A stretch of DNA of 64,000 nucleotides, taken from NCBI GenBank assembly GCA_025057635.1, contig JANXBD010000002.1:5517-69516 (forward strand), written 5' to 3'. The stretch is from Thermoflexus sp. (GTDB lineage: Bacteria; Chloroflexota; Anaerolineae; Thermoflexales; Thermoflexaceae). This document shows, one piece after another, positions 1 to 10,500 of the stretch; position 1 is the first letter of the stretch, and every line of letters begins with the position of its first letter. Position numbers and translations under genes: made by a program. The notes under the pieces were generated by a model, which saw only the letters and a program-made list of their open reading frames with translations, had not been told where the DNA came from and did not search any database.

Positions 1-1734
1 CTGGAGGCCCTTCTGATCCGGACCCAATTGGCCGCTCCAAACAACCAAGTCCTAGTGGGAGAGGCCTACAATCAGGTCCTGACCATGCACGGCACCACGA
101 TGGTCTTCCTGGTGGTGATGCCGGTGCTGGCCGGCCTCGGGAACTATGTGATCCCCCTGATGATCGGGGCCCGGGATATGGCCTACCCCCGGCTGAACGC
201 CTTCGGCGTATGGATGTTCCTGCTGGGCGGCCTCTTTCTGAATCTGAGCTTCCTCCTGGGAGGCGCCCCCGATGCCGGGTGGTTCGGGTATGCGCCGCTG
301 ACGGTGAAGACCTTCTCTCGGGGCACTGGCATTGACTTCTGGATCCTGGGCCTGCAGCTCCTGGGGATCTCTTCGATCACTTCCTCCATCAACTTTGTTT
401 CGACGATCCTGCTCCTGCGGGCCCCCGGCCTCTCCCTGAACCGCCTGCCCCTCTTCGCCTGGACCACCTTGGTGACGGCTTTCCTGATCCTCTTCGCAAT
501 GCCGAGCATTTCGGCCGCCCTCTTCCTGTTGTTCCTGGACCGTCATCTGGGGACCCATTTCTTTAACCCGGCGGCGGGCGGCGATCCGCTGCTCTGGCAA
601 CACCTCTTCTGGTTCTTCGGCCACCCGGAGGTCTACATCATGATCCTGCCGGCCATGGGGATCGTATCGGAGATCCTGCCGGTCTTCTCCCGCAAACCCC
701 TCTTCGGCTACACGGCGGTGGCCTATTCCAGCGTGGCCATCGGTTTCATCGGGTTCACCGTGTGGGCCCACCATATGTTCGCCGTAGGACTGCCGGACGT
801 GGTGAACGCGTTCTTCTCCGCCGCCAGCATGCTGGTGGCGGTGCCCACCGCCATCAAGGTCTTCAACTGGATCGCCACCATCTGGGGCGGGGCGGTGCGC
901 TACCAGACACCCTTCCTGTTCGCCGCCGCCTTTGTGGCCCTGTTCGTGATCGGGGGGCTCAGCGGTCTCTTCCTCGCCGCCGTCCCGGTGGACTGGCAGG
1001 TGACGGACACCTACTTTGTGGTCGCTCACTTCCACTACACGCTGTTCGGCGGCTCGATGTTCGCCATCGTGGCCGGGATCTATTACTGGTTCCCGAAGAT
1101 CACCGGCCGTTTCCTAGACGAACGTCTGGGCCGCTGGCATTTCGCCCTGCAGTTCATCGGTTTTAACATGGCATTTTTCCCGATGCACTTCCTGGGCCTT
1201 GCCGGGATGCCCCGCCGGATCTACACCTATGCGCCCGGTCTCGGCTGGGAGGGCCTCAACCTGCTGGCCACCGTGGGGGCCTTCATCCTGGCCCTTGGGT
1301 TCGTGGTGTTCTTCGTCAATGTCGTTCGCAGCCTGGCTGTCGGCACGCCCGCTCCGGCGGATCCATGGGATGGCCACACCCTGGAGTGGCTGACCTCCTC
1401 TCCCCCCCCACCGTATAACTTCGCTCACATCCCGGTCGTCCGCAGCCGTCGGCCCGTTTGGGATCTGAAATATACGGGCAACCCGCACGCGCGGCCGGTG
1501 GTAGAGATCATCGAAGGGGATAATCGAAAGGAAGGAGAGGACGCTCCGGAGGAACCGATCCATCTCCCGGCGCCCAGCATCTGGCCGCTGGTCATCGCCG
1601 CCGGCCTGACCCTCTTCGCCCTGGGGCTGGTCACCCACTGGATCTTCGCACCTTTCGGCGTCCTTCTGTTCGCCCTGGGGATCGCTCGGTGGGCGACCCA
1701 GCCCCTCTTCCCGGAGGCACCGGGAGGCCATTAA
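1..1734 (+). CDS. ctaD: Cytochrome c oxidase subunit I (A-type), 5'-truncated by the window edge, with a two-helix C-terminal extension
   Basis: Frame open from base 1 (LEALLIRTQL). Motifs HGTTM, WFFGHPEVYI, VWAHHMF, VVAHFHY, GMPRR. Confidence 0.97.
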   Translation: MEALLIRTQLAAPNNQVLVGEAYNQVLTMHGTTMVFLVVMPVLAGLGNYVIPLMIGARDMAYPRLNAFGVWMFLLGGLFLNLSFLLGGAPDAGWFGYAPLTVKTFSRGTGIDFWILGLQLLGISSITSSINFVSTILLLRAPGLSLNRLPLFAWTTLVTAFLILFAMPSISAALFLLFLDRHLGTHFFNPAAGGDPLLWQHLFWFFGHPEVYIMILPAMGIVSEILPVFSRKPLFGYTAVAYSSVAIGFIGFTVWAHHMFAVGLPDVVNAFFSAASMLVAVPTAIKVFNWIATIWGGAVRYQTPFLFAAAFVALFVIGGLSGLFLAAVPVDWQVTDTYFVVAHFHYTLFGGSMFAIVAGIYYWFPKITGRFLDERLGRWHFALQFIGFNMAFFPMHFLGLAGMPRRIYTYAPGLGWEGLNLLATVGAFILALGFVVFFVNVVRSLAVGTPAPADPWDGHTLEWLTSSPPPPYNFAHIPVVRSRRPVWDLKYTGNPHARPVVEIIEGDNRKEGEDAPEEPIHLPAPSIWPLVIAAGLTLFALGLVTHWIFAPFGVLLFALGIARWATQPLFPEAPGGH

Positions 1735-1956
1735 AGCCTGGGAATGCCGAGCAGGCAGCCGCTTCAATTCTGCAAGGGGATCTCCGACCTGCAGGGTTTC
1801 TTCGCGAGTGCGGGCCGCCTGCGATGGTCCCCACCCGCGAAAAACCGCTATGAATCAATGATCCCTTTCAAGGTCCAGAGGTCCGTGGGAAAGGGGGAAG
1901 AAAAAACCGTTCATGGGCAGTGTAGGGGGGGCGTTTGGCCCGCCACATCGCCTCCC

Positions 1957-2230
1957 CTGAAAGCAGGCCAGGAGGTGCGATTGACATTCGTGAATAAAGG
2001 GAAGGAACCTCACGAACTGATGATCGGTCGGACCCTGGTCGCTGATATCGATGTCAAGGAGCTGATGGAAGAATGAAGAGGGAAGAGGAAGCTCACGGCT
2101 TCATGGTCGTGCTGGAGCCGGGGGAAGAGCCTGTGACGATCATCTTCACGGTTCCCTCGAACAAGGTCGGCGAGTGGGAGATGGGCTGTTTTGAAAGCGA
2201 TGGGTCTCACTGGCAACTCGGCAGCATGGC
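1957..2230 (+). pseudogene. Frameshifted, 5'-truncated cupredoxin (blue copper protein) remnant
   Basis: LKAGQEVRLTFVNKGKEPHELMIG in one frame, stop at 2074-2076, then GEWEMGCFESDGSHWQLGSM (Cys/His/Met copper loop) in another frame. Confidence 0.7.
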
Positions 2231-2438
2231 AAATGGATCGTCCAGCCCCGATGGTTCGTTGGGGCAACCTGCTATTCTTCTTTAATCAAAATCAAAACCG
2301 GACAAAGCACCACTGGCTGGGCCAGGTGGCGGGCAGGGATTTGGGATCTCCTCTCTATGACCCTCGGGACCATGGAGAGGGAGGATCAAAGGGAGCCGCC
2401 TTCTCCCGAATAAGTCTCATAAGGTGAGGGGGAACGCA

Positions 2439-3020
2439 ATGGCGAGCCATCATCCGACTGCTGGCGTTGAGATCAGCGTGGATAGCCGCAAGCTGGGGGT
2501 CTGGGTGTTCCTGGCTTCCGAGGTCATTTTCTTCGCCGCGCTGATCACCTCGTATCTGGTGCTACACAACCGAGTGACCAGCGGACCAACGGCCCATGAG
2601 GCCTTGACGCTCACCATCCCGACGATCAACACGATGATCCTGCTGGTCAGCAGTGTGGCGATGGTGCTGGCCCTGGCGTATCTGCGGGATGGGAACCGGC
2701 GGGCCTCCATCGCCTGGCTGCTGACCACCGCCTGGTTGGGGATCTGTTTCCTGATCCTTAAAGCAGTGGAATACAATCATCACCTCCACGAGGGGCTCAC
2801 CCCGAGCGTCAACGTCTTCGGCTCCGCGTATTACACAGTAACCGGTTTCCATGCGGCCCACGTGGCGGCAGGGGTGATCTGGATCCTCAGCGTGGCCCTG
2901 GGGTTGCGTCGTCGCATCTCGCCCCAGAACGACGTCCTGGTGGAGACGGTGGGGCTTTACTGGCACTTCGTGGATCTGGTATGGGTGGCGATCTTCATGG
3001 TGGTGTATCTGATGCGTTGA
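2439..3020 (+). CDS. ctaE: Cytochrome c oxidase subunit III (short form)
   Basis: WVFLASEVIFF, TGFHAAHV, GLYWHFVDLVW. Confidence 0.95.
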   Translation: MASHHPTAGVEISVDSRKLGVWVFLASEVIFFAALITSYLVLHNRVTSGPTAHEALTLTIPTINTMILLVSSVAMVLALAYLRDGNRRASIAWLLTTAWLGICFLILKAVEYNHHLHEGLTPSVNVFGSAYYTVTGFHAAHVAAGVIWILSVALGLRRRISPQNDVLVETVGLYWHFVDLVWVAIFMVVYLMR

Positions 3021-3164
3021 GTCATGCCCCCGGGCTTGCTCCTGCAGTTGAGAGAGGGATCTGATCGTGATAGAATGCTGGCGGCCAATCCCTTAGGAGA
3101 TCAAGAGAAGGAGACAGTGACACGTTGCTGTCCAATCTTCGTCACCAGGGGGGAGAAACCAGTT

Positions 3165-3440
3165 ATGGAAGGGAAGGCTCACAGGCACCCGAATTACGTT
3201 GTAGTTGGGATCATCTTAATCGTCCTGACGATCCTCGAGGTAGCGGTAATCGGGTTACCTCTTCCGCAACTACCTTTTCTGATAGGATTTGCTGTCGCAA
3301 AAGGGATGTTGATCCTGTTGTATTTCATGCACTTAAAATTTGACGCCCGTGTTTATGCTGTGCTTTTCGCTTATCCATGGCCATTGGCATTGCTGCTCGT
3401 AGGAATTTTAATTTGGTTATATTTCGGATCCTGGACATGA
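3165..3440 (+). CDS. ctaF: Cytochrome c oxidase subunit IV
   Basis: Three hydrophobic segments, LTILEV, AKGMLILLYFMHLKFD, GGAG RBS before ATG 3165. Confidence 0.85.
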   Translation: MEGKAHRHPNYVVVGIILIVLTILEVAVIGLPLPQLPFLIGFAVAKGMLILLYFMHLKFDARVYAVLFAYPWPLALLLVGILIWLYFGSWT

Positions 3441-3589
3441 TCTGCCTTCGCATATTATTGTATAAATGAACTGCTCCATCTTCGTCCTCTGTGCAGAAAA
3501 TTCAAGTCGTCATCTCGAAGCTTCCTGAGGCCCTCAGCCTGACATAACATGTGAGTTTGTCATCTTCTCGTTCATGAAGGAGTTTTCCC

Positions 3590-6500
3590 ATGTCGGATTT
3601 CCTGTTTCGTGGTTCTCTGGCCCAAGTGGATCCAGAAGTAGCCGCTCTGATCCGATATGAGCATGAACGCCAGATCCGCAAGCTGATCCTCATTCCCTCT
3701 GAATCCTACGCGCCGGCGGCCGTCCGCGAAGCGCTGGGCTCGGTGTTCCAGAACCTCTATGCCGAGGGTTATCCCCACGAACGCACCCGCACGCAAACCG
3801 AGGCGGAGCTGTTGGATTACGAGGAGCAATTAGGGTTCCACCGGCGTTATGGCGACCAGCGCTATTACAAAGGGACCGAATATGCGAATATCATCGAAGC
3901 GTTGGCTCGACGACGCTGCGCTGAAGCCTTTGCGACCCCAGAGATTCCCCCCGAGCGGATTTTCGTGAACGTGCAGCCTCTCTCCGGCGCTCCTGCCAAC
4001 AGCGCGGTCTATGAGGCGCTGCTTCAGCCCGGCGACACTGTGATGGGCCTGTCGCTGATCCACGGCGGCCATCTCACTCACGGCTCGCCGGTAAACCGTT
4101 CGGGCAAGCACTATCGGATCGTCTGGTATACGGTGGATCCTCAGACGGAGCTCCTAAATTATGATCAGATCCGCGATCTCGCCCGCCAGCACCGGCCGAA
4201 GATGATCATCGCCGGCTACACGTCTTATCCGTGGGCCCCCGACTGGAAGCGGTTCCGGGAGATCGCAGACGAAGTTGGGGCCTATCTGCTGGCCGATATC
4301 GCCCACACCGCGGGGATGGCGATCGCCGGTGCTTACCCCAATCCGCTAGGATATGCCCATGTGATCACCTTCACGACCCACAAGACCATTATGGGCCCAC
4401 GGGGGGCCTGCATCCTCACCACGGATCCGGAGCTGGCAAAGAAGATCGACCGGGCGGTGTTCCCGGGTGAACAAGGCGGGCCTCACGTGAACGTCTTCGC
4501 TGCGCTGGCGGTGGCCTTTAAGCTGGCCCGCACGGAGCCGTTCCGCCAGCTGCAGCATCAGATCGTCCGCAACGCCCAGGCCATGGCGCGGCGCCTCGCG
4601 GAGCGGGGACTACGGATCCCTTATGGTGGCACGAATACCCACCTCCTCCTGGTGGACTGTAAATCAGTGCGGGGGCCCGATGGCACGCCCTTGATGGGGG
4701 ATCCGGCAGCTCGGGTGCTGGATTTGGCAGGGATTGTGGTGAACCGCAACACAATCCCAGGAGACACGGGTGCGGGGGCTGCGAGCGGCATCCGATTAGG
4801 GACCCCCTGGATCACGCAGCGCGGGTTCCGAGAGCTGGAGGTGGAAGCCCTGGCGGACATCATCGCTGATATACTGTGGGCCTGCCGGCCGCACCGCTAC
4901 TACGTGGGACGTGACTTGGTCTATCGCACGAAGGTTGAGTTCGATGTCTTAGAAGAGGCCAAGCTGCGGGTGGCGGAACTCGCCGCTCGAGCCGGCATCG
5001 ACGTGGAGCTCCCAAAGAGCGGCTATCCCCATTATTGGTTCATCACCGACCGCCTCCCTGCGGCGGAGGGCAAGGCGGTGCTAGAGATTCGGGGAGATCG
5101 GGCAGCGGAGTTCATAGAGGCTGTCCTCACGCAACGGGTGGCGGCCCTGAAGATCGGCCATGGAGCCCCCGCCTTCATACTGGAAGCGGACGGCCGAGTT
5201 ATGAGCTCGGCTTATGTGATCCGGGATAGTTCGAATGCGTTCCGGCTCGTGATCCCCGAAGAGCATGCTGGGCGGGTCGCAGCATGGCTTCGGGATCTTT
5301 CAGATGGGTATGTGCGTTTCGATGAGGACATCTGGGCGAAGCTCCATGGCCCGTTGCGGGTGCGGGAGATCCCGGCGGAGGATCCCCAAGCGGTCTCGGC
5401 TCGCTCGATGGCATGCTTTCCGAAGGATCTGGCGGAGGCGGCCGCGGTGGCACCCTACAAGCCCTTCTTCATCGGCTATCGGGCAGTGGATGAGATGTAT
5501 CGTGACTACCTCCGGCCGTTGCCGGCTTTCTCGTATTCCGAGCCGGAGGGCGCGCCGCTTCAGCGGACTTCCCTCTATGAGCTGCACCGGGAGCTGGGTG
5601 CGAAGATGGTCCCCTTCGCCGGCTGGGAGATGCCCGCCTGGTATACCAGCGTCAGTGAGGAGCATCGCGCCGTCCGCACCGCTGCCGGTCTCTTCGATGT
5701 CTCCCATATGGGCATCTTGGAGGTCAGCGGTCCAGGCGCCCGCGTCTTCTTAGAGCAGGTGACCACCAATGACGTCATGGGGCTGAAGGTGGGGGAATCC
5801 CAGTATACATATCTTCTTGATCCGGAAGGGCATGTGCTGGATGATCTGATCATCTACACTCTATCATCCGATCGCTACCTGCTGGTGGTGAATGCGGCCA
5901 ACAACGACCGGGACTGGGCCTGGCTGAACGCGGTGGCCCGAGGCGAAGTTCAGATTGACTGCGATCGGCCATGGGCAGTGATCGCTGACGAGGTAACCCT
6001 TCGCGATCTGCGGGATCGCCGCTGGGGAGAAGAATGTCGGGTAGACATCGCTCTCCAGGGTCCGCAGGCCCTGAACATTCTTCGACGCATGGTGGATGGC
6101 CCAACTCAAGAACGGCTGGCTGCGCTCCAGCGGGGTCAAGTGATGACGGTTGAGATCCACGGATTCGACCTGATCCTCGCTCGCACTGGCTATACTGGTG
6201 AGCGCGTTGGGTATGAGCTCTTCGTCCATCCGGATCGGGCGCTGGCGCTGTTCGAGCTGTTGCTGGATGTGGGGAAACCCTTGGGTCTTCGGCCATGTGG
6301 CCTGGGAGCCCGCGATGGCACCCGAACGGAAGCAGGGCTTCCGCTGTATGGTCATGAGCTGGCCGGGCCCTTCGACCTGAGTCCAGGGGATGCCGGTTTC
6401 GGCTCCTTCGTCAAGGTCTACAAGCCCTTCTTCATCGGGCGGAAGGCCTATATGGCCCGCGAGGCGAAGCGGACGATGGAGGTGGTTCGCTTCCGGATCT

Positions 6501-6763
6501 CCGAGAAGGGCATGCGGCTTCCCAAGCTGGGGGATGCGGTGGTGGATCGCTGGGGACGGGTCATCGGCTACGTCACCAGCTGCGCGCTGGACACGGAGGG
6601 ATTCCTCACTGGGATGGCCTGGATCGAGCGGTCGTATCAGGCGGAGGGGACGCCGATCGGGATCGTGGTGGGAAGCGCGGCAGCGCCTGAGCGTCCGAAG
6701 GTCGGTGATCGGCTGAACGTGCCGATCCCGGCGCAGGTGGTCAGCCGCTTCATGAGCCGCTGA
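3590..6763 (+). CDS. glyA: Serine hydroxymethyltransferase - glycine cleavage T protein fusion (GlyA-GcvT)
   Basis: NVQPLSGAPAN, GGHLTHG and FTTHKT (PLP Lys), then FAGWEMP, LFDVSHMG, RTGYTGE and GLGARDGTRTEAG in one ORF. Confidence 0.95.
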   Translation: MSDFLFRGSLAQVDPEVAALIRYEHERQIRKLILIPSESYAPAAVREALGSVFQNLYAEGYPHERTRTQTEAELLDYEEQLGFHRRYGDQRYYKGTEYANIIEALARRRCAEAFATPEIPPERIFVNVQPLSGAPANSAVYEALLQPGDTVMGLSLIHGGHLTHGSPVNRSGKHYRIVWYTVDPQTELLNYDQIRDLARQHRPKMIIAGYTSYPWAPDWKRFREIADEVGAYLLADIAHTAGMAIAGAYPNPLGYAHVITFTTHKTIMGPRGACILTTDPELAKKIDRAVFPGEQGGPHVNVFAALAVAFKLARTEPFRQLQHQIVRNAQAMARRLAERGLRIPYGGTNTHLLLVDCKSVRGPDGTPLMGDPAARVLDLAGIVVNRNTIPGDTGAGAASGIRLGTPWITQRGFRELEVEALADIIADILWACRPHRYYVGRDLVYRTKVEFDVLEEAKLRVAELAARAGIDVELPKSGYPHYWFITDRLPAAEGKAVLEIRGDRAAEFIEAVLTQRVAALKIGHGAPAFILEADGRVMSSAYVIRDSSNAFRLVIPEEHAGRVAAWLRDLSDGYVRFDEDIWAKLHGPLRVREIPAEDPQAVSARSMACFPKDLAEAAAVAPYKPFFIGYRAVDEMYRDYLRPLPAFSYSEPEGAPLQRTSLYELHRELGAKMVPFAGWEMPAWYTSVSEEHRAVRTAAGLFDVSHMGILEVSGPGARVFLEQVTTNDVMGLKVGESQYTYLLDPEGHVLDDLIIYTLSSDRYLLVVNAANNDRDWAWLNAVARGEVQIDCDRPWAVIADEVTLRDLRDRRWGEECRVDIALQGPQALNILRRMVDGPTQERLAALQRGQVMTVEIHGFDLILARTGYTGERVGYELFVHPDRALALFELLLDVGKPLGLRPCGLGARDGTRTEAGLPLYGHELAGPFDLSPGDAGFGSFVKVYKPFFIGRKAYMAREAKRTMEVVRFRISEKGMRLPKLGDAVVDRWGRVIGYVTSCALDTEGFLTGMAWIERSYQAEGTPIGIVVGSAAAPERPKVGDRLNVPIPAQVVSRFMSR

Positions 6764-7564
6764 GAAGGCAAGGTGTTCTTCTCCTCCCCGCATTAGGATG
6801 GGTCATTTTTCGAACATCAGGGCTCGTAGTCCAGATTACTTAGTCGACCGATCATCGACTCGGCGGATGAGTCAGAGCCAAAGTTGGGCCCTCATTAGGA
6901 CGCGATAAATCTCAAGCCGGCAGTTGAGGTGCCAGCTCCAGAGTTGGTGTCTACAGCTTCCTCGGAATGGCTGGCGATCTCCTTCTTCTCCCCTCTGACG
7001 GGCAAGCCGGTGTCCGCGCAGATCGATGGGTCTTGCCCGTCCTTTCGCCTCTGTCTTCTGCCGATATATCGGTGCCGATATAGACGCTGCAGATCTTGCC
7101 GGTTCTGCTGTCCTCATCAGCATCCGATCCATGAGGAAGCTAGTGCGCGGAGTCGCTCGGTGGTGCTGTGCAGAGCAGACTTGCACTTGCGATAACGCTG
7201 CAGAGGCCGATCTGAATCTATATCTTTCAAGGCTCTGCGAGGGTTGAGAGGGGCATGTTGGTTTGACGGTTGGTCCTAGCTGGGGAATGTAGTGTTCGAA
7301 GCAGCGAGCTGGCGGATTGGCCGGAAGGGGCGGTGCGGACACAGGCAGGATGGATCAAGGAGATGTGAGTTCTCGACCCATATCGCGTCGGGGAACGGAA
7401 TGTGACGTGGACTCTCCGAAGCTGATCGCTTCTCCATCGAGGATGATCTCTCTGTTTAGGGTTGCCTTCCTTCGCTCTTCCAAGTACACTGAGCTAGATG
7501 TTCAGAGCCATCTCATTTCCAAATTCTTCCATCTCCTCCTGAACCCTGAAGAGGCCACAGGGCT

Positions 7565-10500
7565 ATGGGATCCTCTCCGAAACCGCTCCGATCTCCAGTA
7601 GAGTTCTTCCGACTTGGGGGAAGAACCTTGCTCTCACTGGTATTGGGAATTGGCCTTTTAGTCCTTATGGTGCTGGGATTGGCGTGGCGTGGTCTAGCGG
7701 CAATCGCCCGCCCTCAGCAAGAGGGCTTCTCCCAGCACGAGAGTTTCTCAGTCTGCTTTTACGTGGACGCTACCGCTAGTCGAGTTCGCTGCGTTCCTCG
7801 CTTTTTCCCTCAGCTAGCAGCTACTATCAGTGACCGAGTATCTCTGCGCCTCCAAGCACTAGTAGCGGGGCCGACAGCTGAAGAACGAGCAGCCGGATTA
7901 TGGTCTCCTCTACCCTCACGAGCACGGATGGCCAGTTTTCAGTGGTCCGGTCAGGTGCTCACGCTGTATTTGGAGCTTCCCACTGCATATCTAGAGCGGA
8001 CTGGCGAGGAGGAGCCTGCTTTAGGGCCATGGACAGTGGATCAGGCCTCTTATCTGTTCCTGCGGCATTTGGAGCCCTTCGGGGTGCAGAACGTGCAAGT
8101 GCTCGCTCGGAACCCAGCGGACGGAAGGTTCTATGCCCTGTCTTGGTTCCTCCGAGAACCTGCTCCAATCAACAAATCTACGGAGCTGGCACGGGCGAGC
8201 GGGGAGCCTCTTGTGCCAATGAGCGTCGCCGGTCAGCCTCCTGCTTACAGCCGTCCTCAGGCTCAGGGGTTTCTAAGCGGGAAAGTCATCTACGTAAGCG
8301 CGGGCCATGGCTGGTACTGGTATGCCCCCGGTAACCGCTGGCAGACCCAGCGGGTGAACACCCATGGCTTAGTGGAGGATCTGAACAACGCGGAGACCAT
8401 CAATCAGTTTTTGATTCAGTATCTCTATAATGCGGGAGCGGATGTCTGGCCAGTCCGAGAGCGAGATATGAATTTATGGGAAGGAATTGCTGATAATGAT
8501 GAGCCCCAGTTATATCAGGAGCAGGGAGCTTGGTCTCCGGGAACTTTGCCCGGATATGCCGGCAGGAGCTATCGGACGGTGCTGACAGCACTAGGTGCGG
8601 CGACTGCCCAGGCAACCTGGACGTTGGTGCCACCGCGAGACGGGATATATGCGGTCTACGTGTGGTACGCGAGCGGTTCCAATCGAAGCACCGATGTGCA
8701 ATTTCTCATCGAGCACGCTGGAGGACGCAGCGAAGTTCGGATCAACCAGCAAGTTCATGGGTATACCTGGCGCTATCTGGGTTCCTTTCCGTTCCGGGGC
8801 GGACAACCCGCCCGGGTAATCCTCACGAACCGGACGGATCGCCCGGAGAATCTAAGTCGTGTGGTGGTGGCGGATGCAGTTCGAATCGGCGGTGGAATGG
8901 GCACAGTGGCAGGGGATGGGCCACCGCCTAGCTCTGGGCCAAGCGGACGACCTCGCTGGGAGGAAGCATCCCGATACTGGGCGAAATATCAGGGAGCCCC
9001 GCCCTCGGTCTACGACCCCTTTCAGTGTTCCAGCTATAGTGCATGCGGGGATCAAATCGATGACGTGACGGCCCGTCCTCGCTATGCCGAATGGGAACGG
9101 GAGCCCCTTGATGATCCGATTTACATCTCTTTTCATACCAACGGCTACAACGGGGCACTTCGAGGCACAGAGTCTTATGTGTATGACAATAGCGATCCGA
9201 ATCATCGGCGCCCGCCAGGGAGTCTGGAGCTTCAAGACGCGATCCATACTCAAGTGATCCAGGACATCCGAGCGGGCTGGGATCCGAACTGGATTGATCG
9301 AGGGAAGAAACAAGCCAATCTGGGGGAGTTGCGCCTCCTCTCGACAATGCCTGGTGTCCTGTTAGAAGCGGCCTTCCATGACAATCCGCAGGATGCAGCC
9401 GCGCTGAAGGATCCTCGCTTCGCCATGCTGGTGGCTCGCGCAGTGTATAAGGGGATCGTGCGCTATTACGCGCGGCGGGATGGCCGTTCTCCCATCTTTC
9501 TACCGGAGCCTCCGCAGGCCCCAGTGGCCCGTCAAACAGGGCCGGGCCAGGTGATGGTTTCTTGGCAGCCTTCCCCTAGCGATGGCGGTGAGCTCCTGGG
9601 CCATCCGGCCACAGGATACAAGGTATATACCAGCACCGATGGCTTCGCCTGGAGTGAGGGTGTGCTCGTGAACAGCACTTCCTACACGCTCTCTGGTCTG
9701 CCTGAGGGCACAACGCTGTTCTTCCGGGTGACGGGCCTCAACGCGGGTGGTGAATCTTTCCCAACCCCAGTTGTCGGGGTGCGGGTTGGGCCGTGGGGTG
9801 TGCCCCGACTGCTACTAGTAGACGGCTTTGATCGGCTGGATGCGGAAATGCGACCAATGGAGAACCTGGGGGGAAATTTGGGTGTGGTCACCCGCATGCC
9901 GATTGCAAGGATGAATGGCTTCGACGCCCTGGCCGGTGTGGGCCGCGCGCTCTCGATGCCCTTCGATGGGGCCACCGATGAGGCTGTCTCCGGCGGGTTC
10001 GTGGGTCTGGAAAACTATCCCATCGTCCTCTGGCTGCTGGGCGAGGAAGGGTTCTCAGAGCCAACTCTAGAGGACAGTGTCCGGGAACGGTTGAGGAACT
10101 TTCTGGCGAATGGCGGACGGCTGATCCTCAGCGGGTCTAACGTCGGCCAGGATCTCAGCCAGCGGGATCCGGGCTTCCTGGGCGATATGCTCCGGGCAGC
10201 TCTTGTCGCCGATGACGCGGGGGCTCGCACGGTTCGCCCTGTTCCAGGGAATATTCTAGATGGAATTGGCGATCTGACCCTAGACGATGGGACGATGGGA
10301 AGCCATCGGGTGACCACGCCGGATGTGCTTGCTCCAGGGCGAGGCGCCCAGGTTCTTATGCAGTATCCTGACGGGCGGATGGCGGCGACGTTCTACGGCG
10401 CGCCATGTCCGCAAGTGGCGGTCTTCGGTTTCCCCTTAGAGAGCGCGTGGCCGATGACCGCGCGGACAGCGCTCTTCTCTCGTCTCCTGGGTGCGATGAT

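Noticed and set aside
1550-1734. Extra two helices on oxidase subunit I as a novelty
   Set aside because: Transfer of the subunit III N-terminal helices to subunit I is known (e.g. Bacillus caa3) and matches the short ctaE
3441-3589. Glycine or ZTP riboswitch upstream of glyA-gcvT
   Set aside because: No recognisable aptamer motifs, only short inverted repeats
52-6793. Long antisense ORFs (e.g. 52-1035, 5864-6793)
   Set aside because: Shadow ORFs expected from high-GC codon bias opposite well-supported genes
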